A DNA stretch of 63,992 bases, counting the filler, from Hyphochytrium catenoides (Eukaryota; Protista; Hyphochytriomycota): the NCBI GenBank assembly GCA_900088475.1. It is 13 parts of 13 records of this genome, joined end to end, with 100 filler letters (N's around TTAATTAATTAA, not from the genome) between each part and the next. Parts side by side here need not be neighbours in the genome. Positions count along the whole stretch, not along the records: positions 1 to 1,751 come from FLMG01003053.1; positions 1,852 to 3,246 come from FLMG01002912.1; positions 3,347 to 6,694 come from FLMG01004441.1; positions 6,795 to 8,229 come from FLMG01001361.1; positions 8,330 to 12,082 come from FLMG01000405.1; 8 more parts are not named here. One strand, written 5' to 3'. Shown here one piece after another: positions 1-12,182 of this stretch (its first letter is position 1; the number at the start of each line of letters is the position of its first letter). The notes under the pieces were generated by a model, which was given only the letters and a program-made list of their open reading frames with translations, ran no database searches and was not told where the DNA came from. Made by a program: the position numbers and the translations under genes.

Positions 1-1751
1 GTACAGCAGGGTAAGAGCGGAGGAACAAGAAGATGCAAAGAAGAAGAAGAGAAGAAGAAAGGAGACGGGAAGAGTAGAGCGCGAGGATTCTCCCCACAAC
101 GCTCTTCAACGTTACGTTCTCGTTCCACGCGCATTGGGCTCCTTCTACTGAAGACCACTATCCCTGTCGCCTTCATGCTCCTCATCTGCTGTGGCTATAT
201 CTTTGGGCTTATCCCTCTCTATAGAGCCAGCGATGGACCGATGAGGATCTTTCTCTCTCTCGTGGTTCAGGTGACTGTCTATGAGATAGCGGCGCATTCG
301 ATAAGACAGATTGTTATCCGGCTCTCTAACTCAGAAAGAGAAGGCGGCAGACGGAAGAAGGGGAAGAGAAGTAGAACTTCGCTCGTTCTTTTCGCTTTTG
401 AAGCACCTCTTTCCCTTATTCGGCGGTTCTTCTTCCAAAATGTAGGCAATCCATGGACTACTGCCCTGCTTCTCTCTCTCTCGGCGCTTCAAGAGATCTT
501 CTTGAGGGCTTCTAGACGGTCAAGAGATGCCTTTCTCTCTCGTCTAAAAAGGAAGCTAGTGCGGAAAGCCAAGAGATTCTCTCTGACCATCAGCTCTGCC
601 GCACAGAAAGTGCGGTCCTCCGCCACAACTTCCACCGCTGATGATCGTAGTAAGAAAGTAGGGCTCTCTACCACGACGCACCACAGGGGAGGAAGAGAGG
701 AAACTGGTGATGATGCTTCGTCTGCAATGCTAACGGTCTCTTCTTCTTCCTCCTCCCAGAATCATCAAGGCTCTTTGTCTCCTCTTTTCTCTCCTACAAT
801 AAGCCTTTCCTCTAGGACGGCATCATCTAGCGGACCACGGGGACCGCCGAGCCCATCCTCGGCTTCCTCAGTTTCTCCTTCTCTCTCCTCTTCTACCAAC
901 CTTGTGGGCCCTCCTCGCCCCTACCCTATAGAAGAGGAAAAGATAGGATCAGGTCGAGGGAAGAGTGGATTGTGCGTTGATGAAGTAGAGGAAGAAGGAG
1001 AGGAGGAGGAGGCCAATTGTGATGATGACAATGTAAGTGAACGGGATCAAACAAAGAAGAAGAGACTTCGCGAGGTAGCACCCCATGCAGAAGAAGCTGA
1101 AGAGCAAGGAGAGAAAGCGGTAGTAAAGAATGAAGAAGAGAAGAACAAAGTCCCCGTCTCGTGGAAGGACAAGATCTCTTCCACGAAGTCGGCACTTGTC
1201 CACAGCGATAAGACTGAGGAGGACATCGTCTATGCCACGGCCATCAACGCCTCTGCTCTTCTAGAAGTCTTCTCTATCCTCATGTCCGCCTTCATCCAGC
1301 TCTCCTTCGTCCACCAGCGCTTTGCCTTTGACTTCGGGTACGGCTGTGCGGACCTGAGGATGTTGTCCGAGGACACGACCGGCTGGACGCGGTCCATTCT
1401 TTTACAGACGTTAGCGGCTATCTTGATGGAATTTGTGGTCGATACTGTGAGTTATGCCTTAGAAATACGCCAAGGATATCCGGTAACGGTCTTCTTTGAC
1501 CGATTAAGCGGCCGGGACTTCTTTTTCTTCATCTGCGCGGGGCTGATGGGCTCCTTCTGCGTGCTCTGGTCGTATAAGACGCAGCCCAGTCTGTTCTCTG
1601 GCTGCACGAGTGAGAGCGATATCTGCAGCTGCAAGGCCTTCACGCTCTATTACTATCGGCGGGAAGGTGGAGCAACAGCGATGGAGCAACAGCAGCAGGC
1701 TTCTTTCTCTTCTTCCTCGTCTTCTTCTGTTCTCGCTGCGTCTATTATTTC
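1..1751 (+). CDS. Multi-pass membrane protein of unknown family, partial at both ends, no introns
   Basis: Frame is open from base 1 to the gap (>580 codons). Two clusters of about 3 hydrophobic segments flank a long Ser-rich/acidic loop, followed by a small Cys cluster (GCTSESDICSC). Confidence 0.7.
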
Positions 1752-1851
1752 NNNNNNNNNNNNNNNNNNNNNNNNNNNNNNNNNNNNNNNNNNNNTTAAT
1801 TAATTAANNNNNNNNNNNNNNNNNNNNNNNNNNNNNNNNNNNNNNNNNNNN
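1752..1851. other. Artificial scaffold-joining linker N44-TTAATTAATTAA-N44 (first of 12)
   Basis: Identical 100-bp spacer with stops in all six frames at 1752, 3247, 6695, 8230, 12083, 13834, 15703, 40564, 51909, 54595, 60634 and 62769. Plain N gaps inside scaffolds start at 7145, 16457, 35707, 61660 and 63375. Confidence 0.98.
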
Positions 1852-3246
1852 TAAAGATTTACTACTGCCGCTATAAATAGGAGTCTGCAGGTGAGAGGAA
1901 TTGGCAGGAAGTCTGGTCAGTCCGCTATACCTGACGGTGATTCCTTTGCAGAGAAATGCGAGCAAGAAACAGAGGACAAGAGAGAGAGGGAAGCTAAACG
2001 CATAGACAACAAGTATGAGGGAGGAAAAAGAACTACAAGACATGGGACAATAGCGATAAGAAAGTTGTTGACGAACTGCCATATGCAAGAGAAGAGGCTA
2101 CACAAATGTCATCAAACCTTGCAGGCCATGCAAGTGAACGTCTTCTGTGCAAACTTCATGATTCCGCCGGTAGAGACTAGCTTTCGCACCTTCAACGTAT
2201 GATCCCCTAGGACAACACCACAGAACAGCGATGAGACAGCAAAGCCCTAAAGAGAGCATCAAAGATGCAATAAAGTAGACAGCTCTGAAGGCCGGACTGC
2301 TCTAGAAGGTGCTCATCGAGCACCCTAATCATCACAACAGAGTGCACCTTAATAACCGCTGAAAGCGCTAAATGAGAATTGTAAAGAAAAGAAAAAAGAT
2401 GAAGACTCTAGGCAAAGAGCCATGTGGGGTTCGGACGGCGTCTTTCTACCTCTAAGAAGGCTTTCAGGATTCTTCAGGATAGGACCGAAGATTCGGAGTA
2501 ACGGTTTGGAGAGCTGGTTCTCCAGATAGTACTTGCAGTCAATCGGAAGATTGTTCTGAAGGACGTAAATAGGGTCTTCCGACTTCTCGTATGCAGGAGC
2601 CCCTGTGCGACCACGGAATTTAAGTCTAGAACACTGTCTTCAAAAGGAAGAACGAAAGAAAGACACATGAGGGAAAGAACTGGGGCACGAAGGGAAAGAA
2701 GCGTCTTTAGGCTTTTAAGGGACCAGTCACAATTCAGGTGACTGGGGAGGCGTGAGTGCCAAGGAAACGTCTGAGAAGCCGCAGGCGGAAGCACTAAGGG
2801 CAATCTCATCCCCTAATCGGGAGAAGAACTCACCCTTGCCCTTTTCAATTATGACATACGCCACACGCTCTCCAACCGCTGGGGCAGATCCAGGATCTCT
2901 AGCCTTCATTCTAGCTGCCAGCTCGACATGAGCCTGTAACATGTTCAAACAGTCCACCCAGCGCATATCCACCAGATATGAGGACGGAGGACGATCAGTG
3001 GCGAGATTGAGAGGCGTTCCCACCGAAAGATAGATTTGAAAGTAGGTGAGCGAGCGAGAGAAAGAAGATGAAACGTAAGGAAACCAGGCAGCAAACGGTA
3101 ATTGCACAGCCTTCTGTATTCTATGGCTGTCGGAAGATATATAGCCGATGGAAACGTGACTGTCAGAGTTTTCAGAACACCTAGTAATCTAGGATTTAGA
3201 ATGAGGGTACACTCATACCTGTTTACTGCTATAGTCATCCGCATCC
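1852..3246 (-). CDS. POLD1: DNA polymerase delta catalytic subunit, C-terminal part (5 exons, partial)
   Basis: GT-AG exons 3246-3219, 2933-2834, 2602-2450, 2206-2118 and 1884-1852 splice in frame to ...[81 protein letters not shown]...GDHT...[17 protein letters not shown]. This is the typical Pol3/POLD1 C-terminus leading into CysA. Confidence 0.95.
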
Positions 3247-4439
3247 NNNNNNNNNNNNNNNNNNNNNNNNNNNNNNNNNNNNNNNNNNNNTTAATTAATT
3301 AANNNNNNNNNNNNNNNNNNNNNNNNNNNNNNNNNNNNNNNNNNNNTGAGGCTCGCCCTTCGGGCTCGCAATAATGTGCTTTTAGTTCCAGACTCCACTT
3401 CACTTGAGGCAAAAGGCACAAAACAAGTGTTTCAGGGTTCTGGTAACCAGCTATAATCACGAAGTCAGATCATGGATATTAGAGAAACAGTAACTGGGTC
3501 TTGTTGTAGCCTACCACAAGACACATTTACTAACTAGATCAGACTAGACAACATGATGACTAGATGACGAACATGTTTCCCATAAGCTCTGTACTCTTAT
3601 TCTGACCATATCAGTAAACCACATAACCTAAATAAGAGCGTCCTCCCATATTATAACACTTGCTGCTGTTGTAGAGAGGACATACGACGAGTAGAGATAA
3701 TATCAATCCTGCCAAACAACAGACGCCAGTAGTGTTCCAAGCATCTTCCAGTATGATGCAGCTGAAGGCGGGATTACGCACTATGAACATCGGCCGAGCC
3801 TGGCGAAGCTTAAAGCTATTGATACTAAACAGAGAGTACTACTTGGGTGCTTCACATCTCGGCTTCTACTGGAGAATGATGTGATGAACTTTACAGAACT
3901 CGGTGGCAATGCCTGAAGCTTCTGTATGAGCAAAATCTAGATAAAACGATAACAAAGGGACTGGGTATTGATCCATGATTGAGATTACTCTGAATGAATG
4001 CTGAGTCCTGAGAGTCTGGTCTCGAGATCTTTGCTCGGCCCAGCTTCCCTCATCATCTCTCTCTCCTGTGCTGCTCGTGTGTTCTTCTGGAAATTCTTCT
4101 CACATCCCTCTTTCCACAAACACAGGTGTACCCGTAACGTCTATGTCCCTGAGAGCTAGGTGTGTATAGAGAGTGACTACTGTACTACTGACAACGAACT
4201 TTGTAGCACTCAACAATGATGACTTGACGCTATGGGTTGGGTAGGCTAGCTAAGCTTGCCTGGTGGTTGCGCCAACAGCTGTGGTGCCCTCAGATTCTAA
4301 CAGAGCACTTTAAATTGATACCGGGAGCGGCCGAGATACTAGAGAAAAGGCTTGAAAACAATATTCAAAGCCATACATATATACAGGGACATTTTGGTTG
4401 CTTAAGATCTCGGCTTCGACCGGGAGTTTGGAGTGGTGT

Positions 4440-4925
4440 AAGCCAACCGATCTTCTGCCTTTTCTCCTCCGATTGTCTGTCTCTCAGAATCCTTATTTGT
4501 TCAGCAGCAGCATTTCGTCCACTCTCCTTCTCTTTAATTGTTCGGCTGTTCCTCGTCAACCTCATTTTCTCTGCAGCCGTTTTGCGGTAACGCTCCTTCT
4601 CTTCAGCCGTGCGGCTGTTCCTCGACAATTTCTCTTCTCTGCAGCAATTTTGCGGTCACGCTCCTTCTCTTCCACCGTGAGGCTGTTTCTTAACAATCTC
4701 CTCTTCTCTGCAGCAGATTTGCGATCCCGTTCCTTCTCGTCATCCGTGCGGCTGTTTCTCATTAATCTCATCCTCTCTGCAGCAGATTTGCGATCTCTCT
4801 CCTTCTCATCATCCGCGCGGCATTCCTCGTGATTCTCATTCGCTCGGTAGCTACTCCTCGATCCCTTTCCTTCAATTCGTCGCTTCGGGCAGCTCGGTAT
4901 CTCCTCATGCGTTCTGCAGCGGCAG
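4440..4925 (-). repeat. About 7 copies of a 69-bp (23-aa) tandem repeat encoding STPR-like Arg/Glu-rich helices, frameshifted
   Basis: C(T/A)GCAG anchor recurs at 4502, 4571, 4639, 4708, 4777 and 4914 (spacings 69, 68, 69, 69, 137). Minus-strand unit is approximately AAEKMRLxRNSRTxEEKERDRKx. Confidence 0.85.
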
Positions 4926-6795
4926 AGGAGGAAGTTGGCTGTTTGTCCTTTTCTTTATCCTTAGGCTCTCGCTCTTCTTCTTCATCTGCTTTGGGATGTT
5001 CTTTGGCAATCCCCACCACCTCTGCCAACTCCCTCTACTTCTCCTGTCTGCATCCTTCTCTGACGTTGTCACTTTCCTCCAGTAATTGACTGCGCTTCAT
5101 TGGTGAGTCTTCGATCAGTCTCCCCCGATCTTTTATATCGTGACTGAATTATAAAGATGAATGACACCACTACAATAAACAGGCAGGAAGAAGCTCTGAA
5201 CATGCCTCCTACTGTCAACGTCGGGAACAGATGCAAGCAAAAAGCAAGGCATGGCGACCCAGGGAGAGGAAGTTCCATTTGTTTGGTACTACTCGCCCTT
5301 CGACTTTCAGTCAGACCGATGCAGGTATCTTCTTCATAATAAGAAGCCTTGCAATACGGTAGTGTAATAACGGACGTCAACACCGGTCATCATCGTGTAT
5401 CTGGAACTGTTTTACATCCAAATCAGAAATTTGTTGCTTGCTGTACTATTATATCGAGTGTCATATAGCTCGTAATGCTATGGCATATCGGTATCATGAA
5501 TATCTCTTTACGATTACCGAGCGAACGAACTAACAGTCAGACTCACAGACACACAATATAAATAAATCGCCATTTTGATACTTTAGGAGAAACGACAGAA
5601 GTTGGCCTATTCCTAGGTATAATGTCATCAATTCGTTATGGGGGTTGAGAAATATCGCATTTAAACCAGAAGTTTTAAAAAAGGATTAGGCTTTTATGCT
5701 CAGAATCTGTTCCTACTCTCCTTTTATTCTATAACCCTGATAGAAAATTCCATGATTTCAATCGTTCTATTTTATTTCCTTCAACCTAATATCTGTCTAC
5801 ATTATTGCGTTTGTTTGTGTCGTCATTTGAACATTTGTACTTTTGCTTCTTGCTTTTGTAATTATTTGGGTTTGTAAAACTTCCTACCTTTGGGAGGCGC
5901 AAATGCTACGCTTTCGTTCCCCAATTTGGGTAGCTAAGCCTCATAGATTGTAGTCCACATAGCTGTGCCCTCCTCAGACTTCAACATACTGCCCCTAAAT
6001 AAGCCATATATATGAACAAGGGCACCCCGTTTGGATTGCATCTCGACTTCTACTGGAAGTTTCGAGCTGGACTTGGGTAACTAATACGCTTGCCAGCTTT
6101 GCAGTCGACATAACTGTGCCCCCAGACTCCAGGCGGAATAATCAGGTTCAAGTCTATAACAGTTATGGCAACATAGAGGTTGTTTACTCTAGGAAGAGTA
6201 GGACTGGTCACATTAAATGTGGGTTGTTGGGACTGCCGAGGAAGTAGGGCCTTACAAGGACAAGAAGATAGTGTGTTATTGGTTGGCAGTAGTGATGGGT
6301 TATAGTAACCGCACAAAATAAGGTAGGTCTAGGCGCTATGTCATAACCACCCTTACCTCATAATCTACCAGACACATCGTCTGTCATCAATCAACAATCT
6401 TTTGCAAGACAAACGCCGATCTGAGCATTACGAGCTTCATGTATCTAACAGTCTCAGGTTTTTCTTACTATTACGGTTTTATTTGAGCCTGAGACAGTAC
6501 CATAGCCTCTAGACCAGGAGTCTTGTCTACGAGTAATACTACGACTGCTATTATCACCACTCGGTTGTATGAAGGGAAAGAAGAAGGGGCATTCATCATT
6601 CCTCGGAACGAAAAATTGCTTCTAGGTGAACTCAACTCACCAACCAAGACTGCGCTCCGACCGGTGGTGCCGCAAAAGCCAGACCAGACACTCCNNNNNN
6701 NNNNNNNNNNNNNNNNNNNNNNNNNNNNNNNNNNNNNNTTAATTAATTAANNNNNNNNNNNNNNNNNNNNNNNNNNNNNNNNNNNNNNNNNNNNA

Positions 6796-7191
6796 TGCGA
6801 AAAAACATCTTTGCCGCAGTCTCTGAACAAGGAGGTGAAGCTTGACAGCACAGGTCGGCCACTTGCCGTCAACTGCCAGGGTGAGCTTTGTTCCAACGCG
6901 AAGATGATTTTCGATCGTTGCATCGTTAGTCTCTATCCTCTGGTGAGCGACATCCGCGAAATTTGGGATGAATGTCATTTCGTAGAGAAGGCGTATCGAT
7001 TGGAAGATAAGGTCGACACAATGCCGGTCAATCAGAAGCGCAATGTCATGTATTGGTACTATGCACACAATATGTATGACGTATGTGGACGAAACAACCG
7101 AATGAAGCTCCCTGACTGCTTGGTTGCGGCTATAAGGCGAGCTTNNNNNNNNNNNNNNNNNNNNNNNNNNNNNNNNNNNNNNTTGCAATGA
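6796..7191 (+). CDS. KolX / P2X7 ballast-like small protein (partial)
   Basis: NQKRNVMYWYYAHNMYDVCGRNNRMKLPDCLVAAIRRA fits the N..R...Y......G..NR..LP.C.V..IR signature of the P2X7 C-terminal (ballast) family. Cys residues lie upstream. Confidence 0.7.
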   Translation, partial: CEKTSLPQSLNKEVKLDSTGRPLAVNCQGELCSNAKMIFDRCIVSLYPLVSDIREIWDECHFVEKAYRLEDKVDTMPVNQKRNVMYWYYAHNMYDVCGRNNRMKLPDCLVAAIRRAXXXXXXXXXXXXXLQ

Positions 7192-7479
7192 AATGAACTA
7201 ACAATTATCTATTATATTATGGCCCTGCTCTTTGCTATCCTTGCCTACATCCGCTCTTGCCTTTCTGTCTACTAACATCTATCGTTTTATCCTGTCTCTC
7301 CTCACCCCATTTCCCCTGCCTCTCTCTCTACTTTTCCACCTCTCTCTCATATCTCTCTCTCTATCTCTCTCTCTCTCTCCTCTATAGATATCTCTCTAAA
7401 AATTCTCTTTCTTCTACGTCTGCCCCCCGCACCTTAGGCCTGGATGGTCTTCAAGTCTTGTTCCTCCTCTGGCTCCATA

Positions 7480-8229
7480 CTACCTCAAAAGCTCAGGGTA
7501 TGCGTCTAGCAGATTAAAGTCGACTGCATCCTTTGCTTTTCTTCCTTTCTGCTTCCCCTTGTCATGATCCTTCTTGGGCTTTTTTACGACAAGAGATGCA
7601 TAAGGGCATTTCGCAGTACGATGGACGGTGCTCCCGCAATTCTGACAGATGTATCTCCTTGGCTTCTTAGGTGAAGTCTCATCCTTGTTAGAAACGTTGG
7701 ATGCCCCGCTGAGGGAAACGCTGTTTGTATGATAAGAGATCTCCTCCTGTACGCCGGTGGCGGAGCCACCAATCTCATTTAACAATCTGTCCTCTTTCCT
7801 TCTGATCTCCCGACGGCGAGCTTTAAATTGATCATCAGAAGCCTTCATTCTACGGTTATATTGCCTCTGACGAGCCCTTCGCTGGTAGAAGTCATTCCTC
7901 TCCGAAACCTCTGCGATGCCAAGCTTCTTGAGAACATCTTCCTCCCAATCCTGAGCAAGCCGTGAAAGCGCTGCCATAGCCACACACGTTGCCCAGGAAT
8001 CTGTCCGAGTAAGCGCTAGTCGTTTGCCATTACTGTACTTCGCTACTTCTCCATGCGTGCTCTCATTGTCGTTGGTGGTCAACGCCAAGCTTAGTAGTCG
8101 ATGATGTTTAGAATAGGGAAGCGAGAAGTATATCTTTGGGAGCACTCAGCGTCTGAAAACTCTGGATGATCCGTTTTCAGCTGTTGCCAATGACAAAAAG
8201 CAGGATTGCAGAGGTTGTGAACACCGCAG
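7480..8229 (-). pseudogene. Kolobok/Mutator-like DDE transposase C-terminus with zinc knuckle, frameshifted
   Basis: TTNDNESTHGEVAKYSNGKR is a TxxNES catalytic-Glu motif. It is followed by a basic helix and a CQNCGSTVHRTAKC knuckle. An upstream CGVHNLCNPAFC (GxHxxC...C) motif lies in a different frame at 8228-8190. Confidence 0.65.
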
Positions 8230-8672
8230 NNNNNNNNNNNNNNNNNNNNNNNNNNNNNNNNNNNNNNNNNNNNTTAATTAATTAANNNNNNNNNNNNNNN
8301 NNNNNNNNNNNNNNNNNNNNNNNNNNNNNAGAGAGAGAGAGAGAGAGAGAAGTAGTATAGGTAAACACAGTGATCGCTGCCAGCCGGAGAAATTTCTGCT
8401 GACTCTTGAGGCAAAGTAGAGAAGACCTTCGATGATGTACAACTGTAGCGGTCCGACAGCCAACGATGGCAGAAGAGGAAGGAGAGAGAGAGAGACAGGG
8501 AGAGAAAGGAAAACAGGCTGACTGCTGGAGAGGAGAAATAGATGACAAAGAGAGAAGCGAGAGAACTGGAGAGAGAGAGCATGAGAACCAATGCGAAGCA
8601 AGGAGGTCAAGAGTCAAGAGAAGAGAGAGAGAAAAGGGGTGAGGAAGAACGAGGAGGGAGAGAGGGAGAAAG

Positions 8673-8742
<70 letters not shown>

Positions 8743-9215
8743 GAGAGAGAGATGGCTTGTCTGACACCAACAAATCACCAACCTCAAGATTAACCGTTCC
8801 TCCGAATCTAAAAAGAATCTAGCTTTTATTAACCAAACCTAAGGCCTTTTAGCAATCTCGTATACAGTAGTCCTTACCTGGAAACACTAGTCTCATTTTC
8901 CTACCGTAAATCCCTTCAACAGAACGAAAGCTATTTCAAAATTGAAAGGTGTTACGGATATAACTGGCTGTCTCTTCCTTCTACGGTTTATCCAGTAGCC
9001 CGCTAAATTTCGGTTGTCCGAGTCACGATCCTCTAATGTATTCCTCCTTGATGTCCCTCTCCTCCCTCTCTCTATCTTCTCTTCCATTATTTCCCGTCTG
9101 TGTTTCCCTCTTCTCTCTCTTCTCTCTCTCTTCAGGGTCTCTCTCTTCTTCCATCACTTTTCTCTCTCAACGTTCTACTACTAGGTGACACAGAGGGGCA
9201 ACCCAAGCCCGAATG

Positions 9216-9250
<35 letters not shown>

Positions 9251-9811
9251 TTGAGAGAAAATCGTGAGTAGAGAGGAAGGGAGACGACTCCAGGAAGGTA
9301 GAGGATGGAAGGTAAATCAAGGGAGAGAGAAGGATAGATGATGCGAGAGAGGAGAGAGAGAGACCCCGTCGTGAAAGGCAGAGAGAGAAAGAAAGAAAGA
9401 GAGAGCAAAAAAGGGAAAAGGAGAGAAGAGAAAAAGAGGATAAGGAGAGAAATGAGTAACCTTAGACTCAGCCCTACTGTGCAGGGAGGTAGGCGTTACA
9501 TATCAGAATTACTACCACGGGGATGAGGGATAAAGGCAAGCGACAGAAAGCGAAAGAGAGGATGCGCAAAGCGGGATGAGATGGGAAGAGAGAAGTCAAA
9601 GAGAAAAATAGAGAGAGAGAAATTGAGAGAGGGAGAGAGAGGCCTTCCAGGTGCGAAGAGTGATGAGGTATATTGCCTCTCTCTGTCTCGCTGCGAAGCA
9701 GCCACGAGCCATTCGCCACAGTTTCCCTTCCTCCGTTTCTCGTGAACTTGCTCTTTCAATGACATTGCTGCGCGTGGCTTTCTCTCTCTCTCTCTCTTCT
9801 TCTCTTTCTCT

Positions 9812-9964
9812 CTAGTCTCTCGCAGTTCCTCGGCCTGAGAGATAAGCCTGAGTCTGTTGCTCGCACTCATCGAGCCACTCTGTGTAGCAATCCACCGGCT
9901 CCGTCAGATCTAAAAAGACAAGGAAAAGGGATATAGAGGAAAGAGAGAGAGAAGAAGAAAGCAT

Positions 9965-10001
<37 letters not shown>

Positions 10002-10311
10002 AGAGAGAGAGAGAGAGTGAGACTTGTGTTCTGGCCAACCATCGCAAAGGGGCAAGGCAGCTGGAGAGACGAACACTACCAAGAGAAAACCCCCAAAGAC
10101 ACACGCGAGAATGAAGAGAGAAAGAGAAGAGAGACAAAGGAGATACCAGGAAAACTTAGAGGGACGTGAGAGAGAAAGAGAAAGAAAGACCGATAAAGTA
10201 GAAGTGATGCGAGAAAGAACGCATCCATTTCAATGTCTTATATCAGAAAAGACTGAGAACCGAGAGATTAACTATGAAAGAAAGAAGAGAGGTATTGGAA
10301 AAATTTGTAAG

Positions 10312-10352
<41 letters not shown>

Positions 10353-11039
10353 GAAGAGATGAAATATATTCATGGAAGAACCGATACGAAAGAGAACTAA
10401 TAAAGGGAGAGGTCCAGTAGAATAGAGGGAGAGTCTCCAAATAATGAGAGAGAGAGAGAGAGAGAAACGAAGAGAAGTAGAGGAAGAGGTCCTCCTTACA
10501 GTTGATTTGCATTTGATAATTGGCTCCGCACACTCTGCAGGACAATCTGCCAATCTGGCGGTCTCTCTCCCTAAAGTGCAATCAAGGTCAATCAATGAGC
10601 AGGGGAGAGAGAGCAGAGAGAGGAAGGGAATCCGAAAGCTAAAGAGAGAAAAAGAAAGGAGGAAACGAGTGCAGTAGATAAGACCCAGAGAGAGAGAGAG
10701 CAGAGGGACGGAGAACTTTACTAGTTAACATAGAGAGGGAGCGACAGCGCGAGATACGACACAGAGCGACCAAGAGAGAGAGAGAGAGAGAGCAAGAAAG
10801 GGAGCGAGAGAGAGAGAGAAAAGGTTACTGAAGATACTCTTCAGGTAGTTGAAGAAGCACTCTTCATCAGGTAGCTGAAGAAGCACTCATTAGCAAGTTG
10901 AGAGGGAGAAGGAGAGAGAGAGAGAGTACATTTTGCATTCTACAGAGTCGTCATGCGAGCAGAAGGGGCATTTGAAGACCGTGGCAATGCCGGCTCTCTT
11001 CTTCTTGATAACTTTCTTTGAGGATCTGCGCCGGCCCAT
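9812..11039 (-). CDS. ELF1: Transcription elongation factor Elf1 (92 aa, 3 exons)
   Basis: Exons 11039-10930, 10570-10500 and 9909-9812 give MGRRRSSKKVIKKKRAGIATVFKCPFCSHDDSVECKMERDRQIGRLSCRVCGANYQMQINYLTEPVDCYTEWLDECEQ...*, with the C4 zinc ribbon and GT-AG introns. Confidence 0.96.
10841..10888. repeat. Direct duplication (period 26) in ELF1 intron 1
   Basis: TCAGGTAG(T/C)TGAAGAAGCACTC at 10841-10862 and 10867-10888. Confidence 0.85.
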
Positions 11040-11104
11040 GCTGATGACGAGACAGTGTTAGGGGACGACTGAAGAGGGTATGCCAAAAGAGAGAGAGAGA
11101 GGCG

Positions 11105-11142
<38 letters not shown>

Positions 11143-12182
11143 GACAGAGAGAGGGAGAGAGAGGCAGAAAGGTAAATAAATTGAAGACGGATTACGCTAA
11201 GTATAACGAGAGAGATAAAGAGAGAGAGGAGGAGATATGTGTGTGGGTAAGAGAGAGAAAGAGGGAGAATGTGTATGAGAGAACGAGAGAGAGACGTGTG
11301 AAAGAGAGAGTGAAAGAGAGAGACCCTCAAAAAGAGAGGGGGAGAGGAGAGAAACGGCGCGCGAGATCCAGGGACAGGGACACAGGTCTAAGGAAAGAGA
11401 AATCGCATTTACCTGAGAACCAGTTCCTCTGCGGAAGACCGGCAGGAGAGACTCTCTTGACGTTGACGATAGTCTTCGAGATAGGAGAGAAGAGAAAGAG
11501 GGAGAACAGTGGAAGCAGCGAAAGAAGCACCGCGGAGAGTATTACAAGATAAGGAAGAGTCAAGTCGGGTAAGGCAAAAGGAAGGCAAATGAGCCTGGGG
11601 AAGAGAGAGAGAGAGAGAGAGAGCTCGAGAGAGAGAGAGCTCCGAAAGAAGACAGAGAGAGGGAAAAGAGGAAACTCTGCAGCGTTATAGGAAGCTTCGC
11701 TTAGAAGGTGACGCCCAGGATTGGGAAAGGAAGAGAGAAAGCTTCGGCGCAGGTACAGAGACAGACACCACTGTGTGAGTAATGATGAGAGAACGAAGAT
11801 GAGGGCGTTGGAGATGGAAGGCAGACCTGAAGAGAGAGACACGCAGAAAGAAAAAGGATGGCAGAGGGGTGACGCGAAAACAGTTCTAACAGAGAGAGGA
11901 ACGACACAAAAGAAGAGACAGAAGAGAAAAGATTGATGAGCGACGAAGGGAGGGGAACAGCACAGATACATAGCCAAGAGACAGACAACCACAGACACAT
12001 AGACAGAGAGAAGCTGTGCACAGATAGAGAGCGAAGAGACGGAAGGTGGATCTAGAAGGGAGAGAGAGAGAGAGAGAGAGAGNNNNNNNNNNNNNNNNNN
12101 NNNNNNNNNNNNNNNNNNNNNNNNNNTTAATTAATTAANNNNNNNNNNNNNNNNNNNNNNNNNNNNNNNNNNNNNNNNNNNN

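Larger units (their letters stand above)
6795..8229. mobile_element. Kolobok-like DNA transposon internal fragment (convergent transposase and KolX-like gene)
   Basis: Two tail-to-tail ORFs on one scaffold, each carrying motifs of a Kolobok-type protein. Termini are not present. Confidence 0.6.

Noticed and set aside
1796-1807. Recurrent TTAATTAATTAA as a biological repeat, CRISPR-like repeat or TTAA target site
   Set aside because: Always centred in exactly 44+44 Ns; it is a synthetic six-frame-stop linker.
6150-6200. LYVAIT as helicase motif VI (Helitron Pif1)
   Set aside because: Lacks the following Arg and all other helicase motifs.
8840-8885. GCCTTTTA and CTTACCTGG resembling U5 loop I and the U1 5' end
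   Set aside because: No surrounding snRNA structure. CTTACCTG is simply a minus-strand splice donor consensus.
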